Notes: generated by a model not told the origin, from the sequence alone. Counted from the stretch's first letter, positions 16,694 to 28,067 are shown. The stretch is DNA of 64,000 nt from Elusimicrobiota bacterium (GCA_016934855.1 JAFGSA010000052.1:6220-70219); one strand, 5' to 3'. Numbers and translations: made by a program.

Positions 16694-17586
16694 AGGCTGA
16701 GCTCCTCCGGGTAGGGCTTACCCACGGCTGCCGGCGGTTCGGATCTCCCTATAAGCCCGGAAAGCACTATTATAGTCAGCAGGTATGGTATGGACTGGAT
16801 GAACTGGCTGGGTATGTTTACTCCCATAGTCTGGACATGTATCTGTATGCTCTCCGCAAGGCCGAATATCAGCGCCGCCCCGGTCGCTCCCAGAGGTGTC
16901 CACTTGCCGAATATCATGGCTGCCAGCGCGATAAAACCCCTGCCGCTGGACATATTGGATGTGAACTGCGACTGCTGCATTGCGAGCCATGCGCCTGCCA
17001 GGCCCGCCAATGCTCCGCTTATCGCGACCCCGGAGTATCTCATCAGCCATACGTTTATTCCGAGACTGTCCGCCGCCGCCGGATTTTCCCCGCACGCCCT
17101 GAGACGCAGTCCGAAAGGAGTCTTGAAGAGGATTACATGCGCCAGGACCACGATGAAAACAGTTATGACTATCACCGGGCTTATGCCGCCGATCACAGGA
17201 AAAGTAATAAGCTTCAACGGTATTATCCTCGCGGAATTCGATGAACTTCCGAAAACAAGAATAAGGAAGAATTTTGTTATGCCTACAGCGAAGATATTGA
17301 TCGCTACTCCGCTTACTATATGATTCACCTTGTACCTTATGCAGCTTACGGCGTGGATGACGGAAGTGATTATCCCGCCGGTCACTCCCGCGATAAGACC
17401 GAGCCACGGATTCCCCAGGTAATATGTTCCCACTACCGAACAGAAAGCGCCGTTCAGCATTATCCCTTCCAGCCCTATATTTATAACCCCCGAACTCTCC
17501 GAAAAGACGCCGCCCACGGCCGCCAGTATGTAAGGGACGGATATCCTGACAGTCTGCAGTAAAATATTCAGGACGAAATCCGTCAC
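16690..17586 (-). CDS. Nucleoside/simple-sugar ABC permease (NupC-like)
   Basis: SE.SGVINIGLEG, TPFGLRLRACGENP.AADSLGINV and GRGFIALAAMIFGKW.P motifs. Confidence 0.92.
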   Translation of the reverse strand: MTDFVLNILLQTVRISVPYILAAVGGVFSESSGVINIGLEGIMLNGAFCSVVGTYYLGNPWLGLIAGVTGGIITSVIHAVSCIRYKVNHIVSGVAINIFAVGITKFFLILVFGSSSNSARIIPLKLITFPVIGGISPVIVITVFIVVLAHVILFKTPFGLRLRACGENPAAADSLGINVWLMRYSGVAISGALAGLAGAWLAMQQSQFTSNMSSGRGFIALAAMIFGKWTPLGATGAALIFGLAESIQIHVQTMGVNIPSQFIQSIPYLLTIIVLSGLIGRSEPPAAVGKPYPEELSL

Positions 17587-18710
17587 TATTTCCTCCTGAG
17601 CCCTTCCCGGGAAACCTGTTCCCCTATTATGGCGTCGGCTCTCTGCGTATCCGGCTTATCGTCTCCGGTCGCTGAATTCCTCAGGAGTATCCTGGAAAAG
17701 ACGGTGTTTCCCACGACCACGCTCAGTATGACAACAGCCTGGAGTATATCAAGGATCTCCTTGGGCACCACAGAGTTAACAAGAAGGCTTCCGAAAGAAA
17801 GCCCTCCGAACAGAAGGCTTGCGGCTATGATGCCGAACGGATGGTTTTTCCCGAGCAGAGCTACTGCTATCCCCATGAATCCCACGCCTCCCGAAAAGCC
17901 CTGTTCGAAATAATACTTGTAACCCATGACATAATTGGAACCGACCAGCCCCGATATGCCGCCCGAGACGGCCAGCGTCACGATCATCATCTTCGAACTG
18001 TCAACCCCCGCGTACTCTCCCGCAGCAGGGTTGTAACCCATTGCTCTCAACTCGTAACCAAACCTGCTTAAATACAATATATACCATACAGCCAGCGCCG
18101 CTGCTAACGCTATAAAAAAACTGAAATTGAGCGAAGAACCCTTAAAACCCGGAAGTATGCCGGCGATGGCCGGGAGCCGCGCCGCAGCTGCTATCTGCGG
18201 CGTCCTCACTGTTCCGGGAACGAAGAAATGGCTCGTGACTATATAGTTAGTGAAAGCGAGAGCAATGAAATTCAGCATGATGGTGGTTATAACTTCGTGG
18301 GCTCCGGTCTTTGCTTTCAGCATACCAGGGATGAATCCCCAGGCCGCACCGCCGGCCGCGGCGGCGGCAAGGCACACGGGAATCAACAGCAGCCCGGGCA
18401 GCCCTGAAAAAACACAGCCTGTCCAGGCGCACAGGAGCGATCCCATGTAAAGCTGTCCTTCGCACCCGATATTGAACAGACCCGCCTTGAAGGCGAATGC
18501 GACCGCAAGTCCCGTAAATATCAGGGGGGTCGCATAAAAAAACAGCTGTCCTATGCCGTAAAGATTCCCGAAAATGCCGGAGAATAGAATGGAATATACG
18601 AAGAAAGGATTCTTCCCTGTGATGAGGATGAATAGCGCTCCCACCGCCAGAGAGAATAAAACAGCCATGAGCGGCACCGCCAGGTTGATCATCAGGGTCT
18701 TTCTTTTCAC
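17586..18710 (-). CDS. Nucleoside ABC permease (NupB-like)
   Basis: PLIFTGLAVAFAFKAGLFNIG.EGQ, EVITTIMLNF and GF.GIAVALLG.NHP motifs. Confidence 0.92.
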   Translation of the reverse strand: MKRKTLMINLAVPLMAVLFSLAVGALFILITGKNPFFVYSILFSGIFGNLYGIGQLFFYATPLIFTGLAVAFAFKAGLFNIGCEGQLYMGSLLCAWTGCVFSGLPGLLLIPVCLAAAAAGGAAWGFIPGMLKAKTGAHEVITTIMLNFIALAFTNYIVTSHFFVPGTVRTPQIAAAARLPAIAGILPGFKGSSLNFSFFIALAAALAVWYILYLSRFGYELRAMGYNPAAGEYAGVDSSKMMIVTLAVSGGISGLVGSNYVMGYKYYFEQGFSGGVGFMGIAVALLGKNHPFGIIAASLLFGGLSFGSLLVNSVVPKEILDILQAVVILSVVVGNTVFSRILLRNSATGDDKPDTQRADAIIGEQVSREGLRRK

Positions 18711-20236
18711 TGCCTCTCCTGCATGCTAATGCTGCCGGTCATCATCATGCCCAGTTCCTCTTCACAGGTCTTATCTGGAGAGGTCTCTCCCGTTATCCTC
18801 CCGGAAAACATGACAAGGATCCTGTCCGAAAGAGCCAGTATCTCGCTCAGCTCGGAAGATACCAGGATGATCCCTTTGCCTTTGGCTCTCTCTTCGAGAA
18901 GTTTTTTATATATTATCTCCACCACTCCTATGTCGACTCCCCTGGTCGGATGCGCGGCGAGGAGCACCGACGGGTTACGGTCTATCTCCCTGGCTACGAC
19001 TATCTTCTGCTGGTTCCCCCCGGAAAGACTGTAGGCCGGCGCGCCCGGGTTGCCCGGGACGATATTATACTCGCTTATCATCTGCCGGCTTTTTTCGCGC
19101 ATCCCGGTAAAATTCATCTTCCAGATACCGTGCGAAAAACTCCTGTCAGCCTGCCGGCCCAGCGCCATATTGAACGCCACGGAATATTCCAGAACAAGAC
19201 CGTGCCTTTGCCTGTCAGCCGGGATATATGACATCCCTTCCCTCCGTGCCCGGGCGGGCTCCAACCGCGTGATATCCCTGCCCATGAGATATATCTTCCC
19301 CGAACTGGTTTTCTTAAGCCCCCATACGGCTTCCAGCAGGTCGTTCTGCCCGTTGCCTTCCACCCCTGCGATGCCGAGGATCTCCCCGGAACTGAGTTCG
19401 AGAGATACGTTATCCAGCGCCTTCACCCCTTTTTCATCTTCCAGGCTGACGCCCCTGAGTTCGAGAAGGGTCTCCTTCTTCTCGGCCTTTTTCCTGCCTG
19501 TTTCAAGATAAACGGTACGCCCTATCATCATGCGCGACAGCTCCGACTCGTCGGTCTCGCCTGTCTGCCTGACACCTGCCACCGCACCCTTGCGCATCAC
19601 GGTCACCCTGTCCGCTATCTCCATCACCTCTTTCAGTTTATGAGTTATGAATATGACCGTATGGCCCTGTTCCTTCAGGTTCCTGAGAATAAGGAAAAGC
19701 TCTTTTACTTCCTGGGGAGTCAGCACCGCTGTGGGTTCGTCCAGGATGAGGATTTTCGCGCCCCGGTAAAGGACTTTCACTATTTCAGCCCTCTGCAGCA
19801 TCCCCACAGGGAGGTTTCCTGTTATTTCGCCAGCCGGGATACCGAAACCGTACCTGTCCGAGATCTCTCTGATTTTTTCCAGGCCTTTCCGGATATCCGT
19901 GAAAGGCCCGCGGCGGGGCTCCCTGCCGAGCACTATATTCTCGGCAACGGTGAAACGGCGCACCAGCATGAAATGCTGGTGGACCATGCCTATCCCGTGA
20001 GAAATGGCTACGTGGGGATTTTCCATCCTGACCTTCTTTCCCCGTATGACTATATTCCCCTTGTCCTGGTGCTCGAGACCGTAGAGGATGTTCATGAGGG
20101 TGCTCTTGCCGGCTCCGTTTTCGCCGACTATGGCATGTATCTCGCCGTCCTTTACACCCAGATTTATATTGTTATTTGCGATTACCCCCGGAAATGTTTT
20201 TGTGATATTGCGAAGTTCTACCGCGAGGAAAGCCAT
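18707..20236 (-). CDS. CUT2-type tandem ABC ATPase (NupA-like)
   Basis: GENGAGKST, GMVHQHF, ILDEPTAVL, AGVEGNGQ, LSGGNQQK and PTRGVD motifs. Confidence 0.95.
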   Translation of the reverse strand: MAFLAVELRNITKTFPGVIANNNINLGVKDGEIHAIVGENGAGKSTLMNILYGLEHQDKGNIVIRGKKVRMENPHVAISHGIGMVHQHFMLVRRFTVAENIVLGREPRRGPFTDIRKGLEKIREISDRYGFGIPAGEITGNLPVGMLQRAEIVKVLYRGAKILILDEPTAVLTPQEVKELFLILRNLKEQGHTVIFITHKLKEVMEIADRVTVMRKGAVAGVRQTGETDESELSRMMIGRTVYLETGRKKAEKKETLLELRGVSLEDEKGVKALDNVSLELSSGEILGIAGVEGNGQNDLLEAVWGLKKTSSGKIYLMGRDITRLEPARARREGMSYIPADRQRHGLVLEYSVAFNMALGRQADRSFSHGIWKMNFTGMREKSRQMISEYNIVPGNPGAPAYSLSGGNQQKIVVAREIDRNPSVLLAAHPTRGVDIGVVEIIYKKLLEERAKGKGIILVSSELSEILALSDRILVMFSGRITGETSPDKTCEEELGMMMTGSISMQERQ

Positions 20237-20246
20237 CTTTTAAATT

Positions 20247-21290
20247 CTATTTTTCTTCCAGCTGGATCTCTATTTCTCCGTCAATTATTTTCCGTTTCAG
20301 TTCTTCGACCCTCGATATGATATCCGGCGATATCAGGAACCTGTTGTTTTCGTCGTATATGTATCCGACCCCGTTATCCTTCAGACCCAGCTGTTTTATC
20401 CCTCCCTCGAACTGCCCCGTCATCTTATTCCTTATTATATGGTAGACGGAGACATCCACTCTCTTTATCATCGATGTCAGGATATTGCCGGGAGCCTCAT
20501 GATACTGGTCCGAATCCACTCCTATGGCGAGCATATCCTTTTCCCGGGCCGCCTCGAATACACCCAGCCCCGTAGATCCCGAAGCATGGTATATTATATC
20601 GGCGCCGCTATGGTACTGAGACAGGGCCAGTTCTTTTCCCTTAGCCGGGTTTTTGAACGCCTCGCCCGTCACGCCGGCATAGGCCACGAGCACCCTGCAG
20701 CCGGGATTTACTTCTTTCACTCCCTGCACGAAACCCGTTTCGAACTTGTGTATTAACGGTATATCCATCCCTCCGATGAACCCTACCGTGCCGGTTTTTG
20801 TCATCAGACCCGCTATAGAGCCCACGAGGAAAGAGCCTTCCTGTTCACTGTAATTTATAGCGGCGAGATTATCCGGGACGTTCAAGCCTTCGGATATATT
20901 ATAGTCGATACACACGAAATCGACATCGGGAAAATCATTGGCTATCCTGGTTATATCGTCCGTGAAAAGTATTCCTATGCCGAACACGAGGTCGAATCCC
21001 CTGGATGCGAACATCCTCAACGCCGATTCCCTGTCCGCGCCGGATCCGGGCTCCACATATTCCGTGTATATATCGAAGTCCGCCTTGGCCTTTTCGAGCC
21101 CCCTGTACGCGGAATCATTAAAGGATTTATCTCCGCGGCCGCCTATATCGAAGACCAGCCCTACCTTCAGCTTCCCGGCGGATCCGTCGTTTTTACCGGC
21201 AGTGCATCCCCCAAGGAGAAAAACGGATATGAACAAGAATTTTACAGTCGAACTCATTTTAAACCTCTGTTTTTTACCAGTCTTCATCAA
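20247..21290 (-). CDS. BMP/PnrA-family nucleoside-binding lipoprotein
   Basis: Lipobox LGGC; GGRGDKSFND, GADIIYHASG, IGVDSDQ and TSMIKRVD motifs. Confidence 0.93.
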   Translation of the reverse strand: MMKTGKKQRFKMSSTVKFLFISVFLLGGCTAGKNDGSAGKLKVGLVFDIGGRGDKSFNDSAYRGLEKAKADFDIYTEYVEPGSGADRESALRMFASRGFDLVFGIGILFTDDITRIANDFPDVDFVCIDYNISEGLNVPDNLAAINYSEQEGSFLVGSIAGLMTKTGTVGFIGGMDIPLIHKFETGFVQGVKEVNPGCRVLVAYAGVTGEAFKNPAKGKELALSQYHSGADIIYHASGSTGLGVFEAAREKDMLAIGVDSDQYHEAPGNILTSMIKRVDVSVYHIIRNKMTGQFEGGIKQLGLKDNGVGYIYDENNRFLISPDIISRVEELKRKIIDGEIEIQLEEK

Positions 21291-22827
21291 GACTCACGTT
21301 TATCATTCTTCCCTCGATCCTGGCGTGTATCGGGGAATTGCCCTTAATATATTTTATTTCCTCGTCCCTGAGTATCAGCCCTGTATCCTCGATCTCCGTG
21401 CCTTCCGAGAAAACGCTGTAGCCGTCTCCCCCTTCCGCCAGGAAGGAGTTTGTCACGACCGTGTATTCCTTCTCGTCCTCTATCTCCGAAAGGCCCGCTT
21501 CTTCGTCTTTTATTATGATGTTCAGGACTCTTCTGCCTTCAGGGAGAGAGCTGTTGTATATCATCTTCAGACCGGAGACCTGCAGCCTGGATTGTTTTGC
21601 AGATGCGCTCTGCTCCAGAAGACGGCGGACCTGGGAACCCTTGAGCACCATCTTCACAAGCGTATTCCCGAAAGGAGACAGCTCCCAGACATCCCTTACC
21701 CTAATATCGCCGTCCGGTATCGCCGCCCTTATGCCCCCGGAATTCTGAAAAGCAAAATCGCAACCGGTCAGCTCCCTCATCATATCAGTCTGCCAGTTAC
21801 CCAGGGCAAGTTCGCCGTTCTTGGAATCTTCGCCGTAGGTCCTGTGAAGCATAAGCACATCTGATGCGCCTATCACCTCGTTCATCCTTGCGGTAAGCTC
21901 GCCGAACGACTCGCTTATGAATTCGTCTATTTCTTTTTTACCGGGATACCTGGAAGCCAGGAGCGGGACGACCCTGTTCGAATACGACATTATTTTCCTT
22001 TCGATAATGCTGTAGTATATCTTCAGGTGACCTGCATACTGGAAATGACACCCCGGTTCGCAGATGAGCACTCTTCTTACTTTCTTCGGTTCGTCGAACT
22101 TCAGATGCGTATGTCCGCCGAGTACTATATCGACTCCCTCAAGGCCTTCTGCCAGCTGCATGTCTTTCTCGGCTCCCTGATGCGATAACAGGATGATTAT
22201 TTCCGCCCCTTTCTTCCTGAGCCTCGCGGCACTCTCGTTTGCGGTCTCAAGCGGGTCGGCGAACTCAAGGCCCTCGATATTTTCCCCCATGGTGATGAAT
22301 TTCATATCCTGCGTGAGTATACCGGTAAAACCCACCTTTACACCGTTGAGTTCGGTGATAAAGGCATCCTTTATATACCCGGGGTTAAGCCCCGTGCCGG
22401 CATCGATGATATTCGCCCCGAGCATGGGAAAGCCGGCAAGACCGGACAGTTCTTCCAGAGTCTCCCTGCCCATATCGAAATCATGATTGCCGACAGCCAT
22501 CACATCATAACCCAGCAGGTCCATCAGTTCTACCACTATCCTGCCCTCTGTCAGGATGCCTTCGGGCGTGCCCTGGAATATGTCTCCGGAATCCGCCAGC
22601 AGGTAATCGCGCTTCAGCCTGCCCAGGAAATTCCCCAGGGCCGACATGCCGCCTATCGCGGTCTTCTTCCCGTCCTTATACATCATGGAAGGAAAGACAT
22701 GCCCGTGACCGTCGGAAGTGTAGACCACGTCCAGCTCCACGACGTACCTGTTCCAGTAATATCCGTAGGCGGCAAGGAATAATCCGGCCGCGAACACCGG
22801 GACCGCTATTCGGCGCAGGTATTTCAT
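21274..22827 (-). CDS. Exported or anchored 5'-nucleotidase (UshA-like metallophosphoesterase)
   Basis: SDGHG, DSGD, GNHDFD, SHQG and GGHTH metal motifs; NSGGIR, PFGN and GGDGY in the C-domain; N-terminal signal/TM segment. Confidence 0.92.
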   Translation of the reverse strand: MKYLRRIAVPVFAAGLFLAAYGYYWNRYVVELDVVYTSDGHGHVFPSMMYKDGKKTAIGGMSALGNFLGRLKRDYLLADSGDIFQGTPEGILTEGRIVVELMDLLGYDVMAVGNHDFDMGRETLEELSGLAGFPMLGANIIDAGTGLNPGYIKDAFITELNGVKVGFTGILTQDMKFITMGENIEGLEFADPLETANESAARLRKKGAEIIILLSHQGAEKDMQLAEGLEGVDIVLGGHTHLKFDEPKKVRRVLICEPGCHFQYAGHLKIYYSIIERKIMSYSNRVVPLLASRYPGKKEIDEFISESFGELTARMNEVIGASDVLMLHRTYGEDSKNGELALGNWQTDMMRELTGCDFAFQNSGGIRAAIPDGDIRVRDVWELSPFGNTLVKMVLKGSQVRRLLEQSASAKQSRLQVSGLKMIYNSSLPEGRRVLNIIIKDEEAGLSEIEDEKEYTVVTNSFLAEGGDGYSVFSEGTEIEDTGLILRDEEIKYIKGNSPIHARIEGRMINVSLDEDW

Positions 22828-22842
22828 CTATAGTCTATCCTG

Positions 22843-24120
22843 TCACTTAGGTATATCCAGACTCTCCACTTCCATCAGCTTGAGGAATTCCTCGTTGGAT
22901 TCCGTGGACCTCATCTTCTGTACGACGAGTTCCATGGCTTCCACGACTCCGAGAGGATTCAGTACCTTCCTCAGTATCCAGACTTTATTGATCTCTTCTT
23001 CGGGAGCTAGGAGTTCTTCCTTCCTGGTCCCCGACCTGAATATGTCTATCGCGGGGAAGACTCTCTTGTTAACGAGCCTCCTGTCGAGGTTTACTTCCAT
23101 GTTGCCCGTTCCCTTGAACTCTTCGAAGATAACATCGTCCATCTTACTGCCTGTCTCGATCAGCGCTGTCGCGAGTATCGTGAGGCTCCCGCCTTCTTCT
23201 ATGTTCCTGGCGGCCCCGAAGAACCTTTTGGGGCGCTGAAGGGCCTGCGAATCCACTCCGCCTGTAAGCACGCGCCCGGATGACGGCGCTATGGTATTAT
23301 ACGCGCGCGCAAGCCGGGTGATGGAATCCAGCAGTATCACCACGTCCTGCTTATGTTCGACCATCCTTTTGGCTTTTTCTATCACCATCTCGCTGACTTT
23401 GATATGCCGGTTGGCGGATTCGTCGAACGTTGAGCTTATGACCTCGCCGTGAACGGACCTTTCCATATCGGTCACTTCCTCGGGCCTTTCGCCCACGAGG
23501 AGCACTATCAGCTTCACCTCGGGATGATTGTTTGTTATGGCATTTGCTATCTTCTGTAGGATTATAGTCTTCCCGGCCCTCGGCGGAGACACGATAAGTC
23601 CTCTCTGTCCCTTTCCTATAGGCGTCAGAAGGTTCATTATCCTCGTTTCTATCACATCCCTTGTGGTTTCCAGGTTTATCCTTTCCATGGGATACAGGGG
23701 AGTGAGTTCGTCGAACTTCGTCCGCTCCCTTATCGTAGCCGGATCGTCGCCGTTCACCGCTTCGACCTTCAGAAGCGCGTGATAACTCTCGCCGTCTTTC
23801 GGAGGGCGGACCTCGCCGTATACCGTATCGCCTTTTCTCAGAAGGAACTTCTTTATCTGCGACGGCGATATATAAATATCATCGGGGCCGCTCACATAGT
23901 TGTTCTTATTGCAGCGCAGGAAACCGAATCCGTCAGGAAGTATTTCCAGCACCCCCTCTTTATATATCTTTCCGTCGTTGTTGTTCTTCTGCCTTCCCTT
24001 CATTATCTCCATTACCAGTTCCTTTTTCTTCATGTTATTGGTATTGGGGATATCGAATCTTTTCGCTTCCTCCTTAAGTTCCTTTACAGTCTTCGTCTCG
24101 AGTTCGTTAATATCTACCAT
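22843..24120 (-). CDS. rho: Transcription termination factor Rho
   Basis: [38 protein letters not shown] and EEFKGTGN motifs. Confidence 0.98.
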   Translation of the reverse strand: MVDINELETKTVKELKEEAKRFDIPNTNNMKKKELVMEIMKGRQKNNNDGKIYKEGVLEILPDGFGFLRCNKNNYVSGPDDIYISPSQIKKFLLRKGDTVYGEVRPPKDGESYHALLKVEAVNGDDPATIRERTKFDELTPLYPMERINLETTRDVIETRIMNLLTPIGKGQRGLIVSPPRAGKTIILQKIANAITNNHPEVKLIVLLVGERPEEVTDMERSVHGEVISSTFDESANRHIKVSEMVIEKAKRMVEHKQDVVILLDSITRLARAYNTIAPSSGRVLTGGVDSQALQRPKRFFGAARNIEEGGSLTILATALIETGSKMDDVIFEEFKGTGNMEVNLDRRLVNKRVFPAIDIFRSGTRKEELLAPEEEINKVWILRKVLNPLGVVEAMELVVQKMRSTESNEEFLKLMEVESLDIPK

Positions 24121-24123
24121 ATA

Positions 24124-24723
24124 CTATTTCCTCCTTTTGAATTCCTTTATGGTATTTTTAATATTCTTTTCTATCTCTTTCTCTTCTTCTTGTGTTTCTA
24201 TTACTGCATCTGCCTCCTTTATTTTATCTTCCTGCGGGCTCTGTATCGAGAGCCACTTTTTTGCTTCCTCTTCCGTTATACCTCTTTTTTCCGTTATCCT
24301 GCGCACCAGAACGTCTTCAGGCGCATGAGTGACTATTATCCTGTCAAATATATCTTTCCATCCGGCTTCGAATAAAAGAGGCACGTCCGCCGCGCCTACC
24401 TTTACCCCTTCCCCGGCCCATATATTGAAAATCTTCAATACCTCCTGTCTCGCCAGAGGATGAATGATGCCTTCGAGCTCAGCCCTCAGATTCCGGTCAG
24501 CCAGCATGTCGGCTGCCAGTTTCCTCCTGTCCAGTTCGCCCGAATCGGCCATATACTTATCGCCCCATCTTCCCCTTATCTGCGCCCAGGCGATATTGCC
24601 GGGCGACTGGTAACTTCTTACCAGTTCGTCTACGAGTATCACCGGTATCCCCTGCTTCATCAGCAGACCCGCCACGGTAGACTTGCCCGACCCCATGCTC
24701 CCCGTTATTCCTATTTTCAGCAT
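24124..24723 (-). CDS. coaE: Dephospho-CoA kinase
   Basis: GITGSMGSGKST, LDRRKLA, IIHP and DVPLLFE motifs; follows polA. Confidence 0.92.
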   Translation of the reverse strand: MLKIGITGSMGSGKSTVAGLLMKQGIPVILVDELVRSYQSPGNIAWAQIRGRWGDKYMADSGELDRRKLAADMLADRNLRAELEGIIHPLARQEVLKIFNIWAGEGVKVGAADVPLLFEAGWKDIFDRIIVTHAPEDVLVRRITEKRGITEEEAKKWLSIQSPQEDKIKEADAVIETQEEEKEIEKNIKNTIKEFKRRK

Positions 24724-27371
24724 GCCCCGAGATCCATCCAGTTCCGCCCCGTCTTTATATCTACCGTGAGCGGAACAGAAAGGCCGTATGCTCCTTCCAT
24801 TGTCTTTTTTATGACGCTTTTCGCGGTTTCAGCACTGTCTTCGCCGATCTCGAAAAGCAGTTCATCGTGTATCTGCAGCAGCAGTTGCACGTCATTATCG
24901 TTGAAACAGAACTCTTCGTTCAGATCCACCATGGCGAGCTTTATTATATCGGCGGAGCTGCCCTGAACCGGAGTATTCACTGCGATCCTCTCGAACAGCT
25001 TGCGCCGCATAAAATTCGAGGAGTTTATCTCGGGAAGATATCTCCTCCTGTTCAATATGGTAGTGACATACAGGTCTTTTCTCGCTTTTTCGACCGTCTC
25101 GTTCATATATTTTTCTATCCCGGGATACTGTTCGAAATACCTCCGTATGAAATCCTTCGATTCCGCCTCGTCCATATCGGCCCTTTTCGAAAGCCCCCAG
25201 GATGACATCCCGTATACTATTCCGAAATTTATCGCCTTGGCTTTCTTTCTCAGCTCCTCGCTGACCTCGGCTTCAGGCACTTCGAATATCCTTGAAGCTG
25301 TCTGTGCGTGGATGTCTTCTCCCTTACGGAAACTGTCTATGAGGTTTTCGTCACCGGATATGTGAGCGAGTACGCGAAGGTCTATCTGAGAATAATCCGC
25401 GCTCAGGAATACCTTTCCGGCTCCCGCGATGAATGCCTTCCTTATCCTGCAGCCCTGCGAAGTCCTGACGGGGATGTTCTGCAGGTTGGGCTCGCTGGAC
25501 GAAAGTCTCCCTGTGGCCGTACCGAAGATATTAAAAGTAGTATGCACCCTGTCTGTCCTTGCATCTGCCATGGACGGCAGTGGCTCGACATATGTAGATA
25601 ACAGCTTCTGAAGTTTCCTGTATTCTATTATCTTCGCTGGAAGCGGATGCTCATCCGAGAGTATCTCCAGCACTTCCTCTGCGGTAGAGTAGCCTGTTTT
25701 AGTCTTCTTCACCGGTTTGAGTCCGATCTTCTCGAAGAGTATCACCGAGAGCTCCCTGGGAGAATTTATATTGAATTCCTGTCCGGCCGTGTCTTTTATT
25801 TCTTTTTCAAGCAGCGCCAGCTCTTCTTTAAATTCCGCCTCCGTATTCTTCATGAACTCCCTGTCTATTTTTATCCCAGCAAGCTCCATCTCCGAGAGTA
25901 TGCGGACTGTCTTGAGCTCGACGTCATGATACAGCTTTTCCATCGACTGCCTTTTAAGCTCGCCTGAAAGGATCTCTTTCAGCTCGAATAAGGCGGCTAC
26001 CCGGCCGGAGACAATCCCGGCCATATCCTCTATACTTGCGTCCCGGGGATTCTCCGGTATTTCCCCGGGCACCCAGCTCAGGTAGGCGGACGCTATCTTA
26101 TCCAGGCTTTTATGGCCTCCCGACGGGTCCAGCAGGTAGCTTGCCGTGATTATGTCAAATGCTTTTTCACCCCGGGGCATATCATTAGCTTTAAGAAACT
26201 TGAGCGTATTCTTAAGATCGTAACTGACGAGCTGTACCCGGCTGTCCGCCAGCAGTCCTGCCAGGACTTCTTTTATGCCGTCCCATGCCGGCTGCCTGGG
26301 CACTCCCAGGTAACTGTGTCCCAGAGGTGCGTATGCCGTGTCCGAACCGTTATAACTAAGGCAGATACCCACCAGATCGCCCGGTAGCAAAGACGGGGAC
26401 GGCGCATCCGAGACCAGGCCCAGGACTATCTGTGTTTTCCCGGCGCAGTTTTTCACGAATCCCGCCATATCGTCCGGGGAAAATATTATGACACTTTTGA
26501 CTTTCCCCCTCAGCTTGTCGGCCTCGATCCAGTCCGACATGAGGTTCTTCGCATTGAGCGATTCGAATTCCTTCCGCAGCCTGTCAGGGTCCGGGCCCTT
26601 CCACGAACCCTCTTCGATGGATATGGGCAGGTCGATGTTCTCCACCAGTCTTACGAGCCTCCTGGTCATATATGCTTCTTTTTCATGTTCCACGAGCTTA
26701 TTCCTGATACTTTCCTTGATCTGCCCTATGTTGTTATATATACCTTCAAGATTACCGTATTTTCCCAGGAGTTCCCTGGCTGTCACAGGGCCGATCCCCC
26801 TTACACCGGGAAGGTTGTCGACCTTGTCGCCTATAAGGGCAAGATACTCCACCACCTGTGACGGGTCGACCCCCAGCTTCTCCCGGACCTTGCCCGGGTC
26901 AAGAACCAGGCCTTTCATCCCGTCAGACACGCTTACTCCGTCCCCGACAAGCTGAAGCGCATCCTTGTCTGCCGTGACTATCGTTACCTGCATGTTCCTG
27001 TCCCTGGCCAGCTTTGTCAGTGTCGCGATGATATCGTCGGCCTCGAAACCCTCGTAATCCATATATTTGACATTCAGGGCATCCAGAACCCGGAAGAGCC
27101 TCGGTATCTGCTGGATCAGCTCCGTATCCGTCTTCTTCCTGTTAGCCTTGTATTCGCAGTAATCCTTATGCCTGAAAGTCGGCTTCTTGTTGTCAAAAGC
27201 CACAAAAATATGCGAAGGCGCCTCCCTGTCTATGACTTTTTTCAGCATCTTCGTAAAACCGTATACCGCATTTATCATATTGCCTTCGGCATCGGTCAGC
27301 TCGGGCAGTGCATGATACGCACGATGCAGGTATGAATTACCGTCTATTAGAATAATCTTCTCATTTTCCAT
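24717..27371 (-). CDS. polA: DNA polymerase I
   Basis: 5'-3' exonuclease (LIDG, YKANR, EADD); polymerase motifs TGRLSS..PNLQNIP, ADYSQI, KAINFGIVYG and QIHDEL. Confidence 0.98.
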   Translation of the reverse strand: MENEKIILIDGNSYLHRAYHALPELTDAEGNMINAVYGFTKMLKKVIDREAPSHIFVAFDNKKPTFRHKDYCEYKANRKKTDTELIQQIPRLFRVLDALNVKYMDYEGFEADDIIATLTKLARDRNMQVTIVTADKDALQLVGDGVSVSDGMKGLVLDPGKVREKLGVDPSQVVEYLALIGDKVDNLPGVRGIGPVTARELLGKYGNLEGIYNNIGQIKESIRNKLVEHEKEAYMTRRLVRLVENIDLPISIEEGSWKGPDPDRLRKEFESLNAKNLMSDWIEADKLRGKVKSVIIFSPDDMAGFVKNCAGKTQIVLGLVSDAPSPSLLPGDLVGICLSYNGSDTAYAPLGHSYLGVPRQPAWDGIKEVLAGLLADSRVQLVSYDLKNTLKFLKANDMPRGEKAFDIITASYLLDPSGGHKSLDKIASAYLSWVPGEIPENPRDASIEDMAGIVSGRVAALFELKEILSGELKRQSMEKLYHDVELKTVRILSEMELAGIKIDREFMKNTEAEFKEELALLEKEIKDTAGQEFNINSPRELSVILFEKIGLKPVKKTKTGYSTAEEVLEILSDEHPLPAKIIEYRKLQKLLSTYVEPLPSMADARTDRVHTTFNIFGTATGRLSSSEPNLQNIPVRTSQGCRIRKAFIAGAGKVFLSADYSQIDLRVLAHISGDENLIDSFRKGEDIHAQTASRIFEVPEAEVSEELRKKAKAINFGIVYGMSSWGLSKRADMDEAESKDFIRRYFEQYPGIEKYMNETVEKARKDLYVTTILNRRRYLPEINSSNFMRRKLFERIAVNTPVQGSSADIIKLAMVDLNEEFCFNDNDVQLLLQIHDELLFEIGEDSAETAKSVIKKTMEGAYGLSVPLTVDIKTGRNWMDLGAC

Positions 27372-27572
27372 TGATGTAAAATCGCCAGTTTGTCTATTTT
27401 GGAATGCCGGGAAAACCCGAGAGAACTGAAGTATACAGTAAAACTAAAATCTCCTTTTCAATAATTATAAGAAACCCCTGAAAATATGATAAAGCTGTTT
27501 TTTATCAAAAACCAAAATATTTTAAATTATTTCCTGCGGTGGATTTCCGTACTTTTCGGCAGGCTTAGTATT

Positions 27573-27600
27573 ATTATAAGATTATACAGGAGTTTGTCAA
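27573..27600 (-). promoter_or_regulatory. Consensus sigma70 promoter about 200 nt upstream of polA
   Basis: TTGACA(27600-27595)-16 nt-TATAAT(27578-27573). Confidence 0.7.
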
Positions 27601-27620
27601 CTGTGTTTGTCTCCGCACGG

Positions 27621-28067
27621 TCACCTGGCGTGTTTCTTCAGTTCCCTGCTTATCTCCCTGGCCGCGTCCTTTTTTCTTATCGCCTCCCTTTTATCCTGCC
27701 TGGATTTACCCCTGGCTACGGCGAGGGACACCTTGGCCCAGCCGTTCTTGAAATATATCTTCAGCGGCACAAGGGTGACACCTTTTACCTCGATTTCCTT
27801 CTGTATGCTCCTTATCTCTTTCCGGCTGAGCAGCAGTTTCCTGACGCGCTTGGGATCGTATTCGACGTTCGAGCTCTTTTCGTACAGAGCTATATGCGCG
27901 TTGATCAGAAACACCTCGCCGTTTTCTATCTTTGCGTAGCTGTGCTTGATATCGGCTCCGTGGCTCCTCAGGGACTTCACTTCCACTCCTGTAAGGCTCA
28001 TTCCCGCTTCGATTTCCCTAAGGATAATATACTGATAGCCTGCCCTGGGATTGCGAGCCACTGTCAT
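27621..28067 (-). CDS. smpB: SsrA-binding protein
   Basis: EAG.SLTG.EVKSLR, RKLLL, LVPL..YFK and A.GK...DKR motifs. Confidence 0.96.
   Translation of the reverse strand: MTVARNPRAGYQYIILREIEAGMSLTGVEVKSLRSHGADIKHSYAKIENGEVFLINAHIALYEKSSNVEYDPKRVRKLLLSRKEIRSIQKEIEVKGVTLVPLKIYFKNGWAKVSLAVARGKSRQDKREAIRKKDAAREISRELKKHAR

Noticed and set aside
27372..27620. tmRNA next to smpB
   Set aside because: Too short and AT-rich, with no tRNA-like GGGG...CCA ends or T-loop visible.
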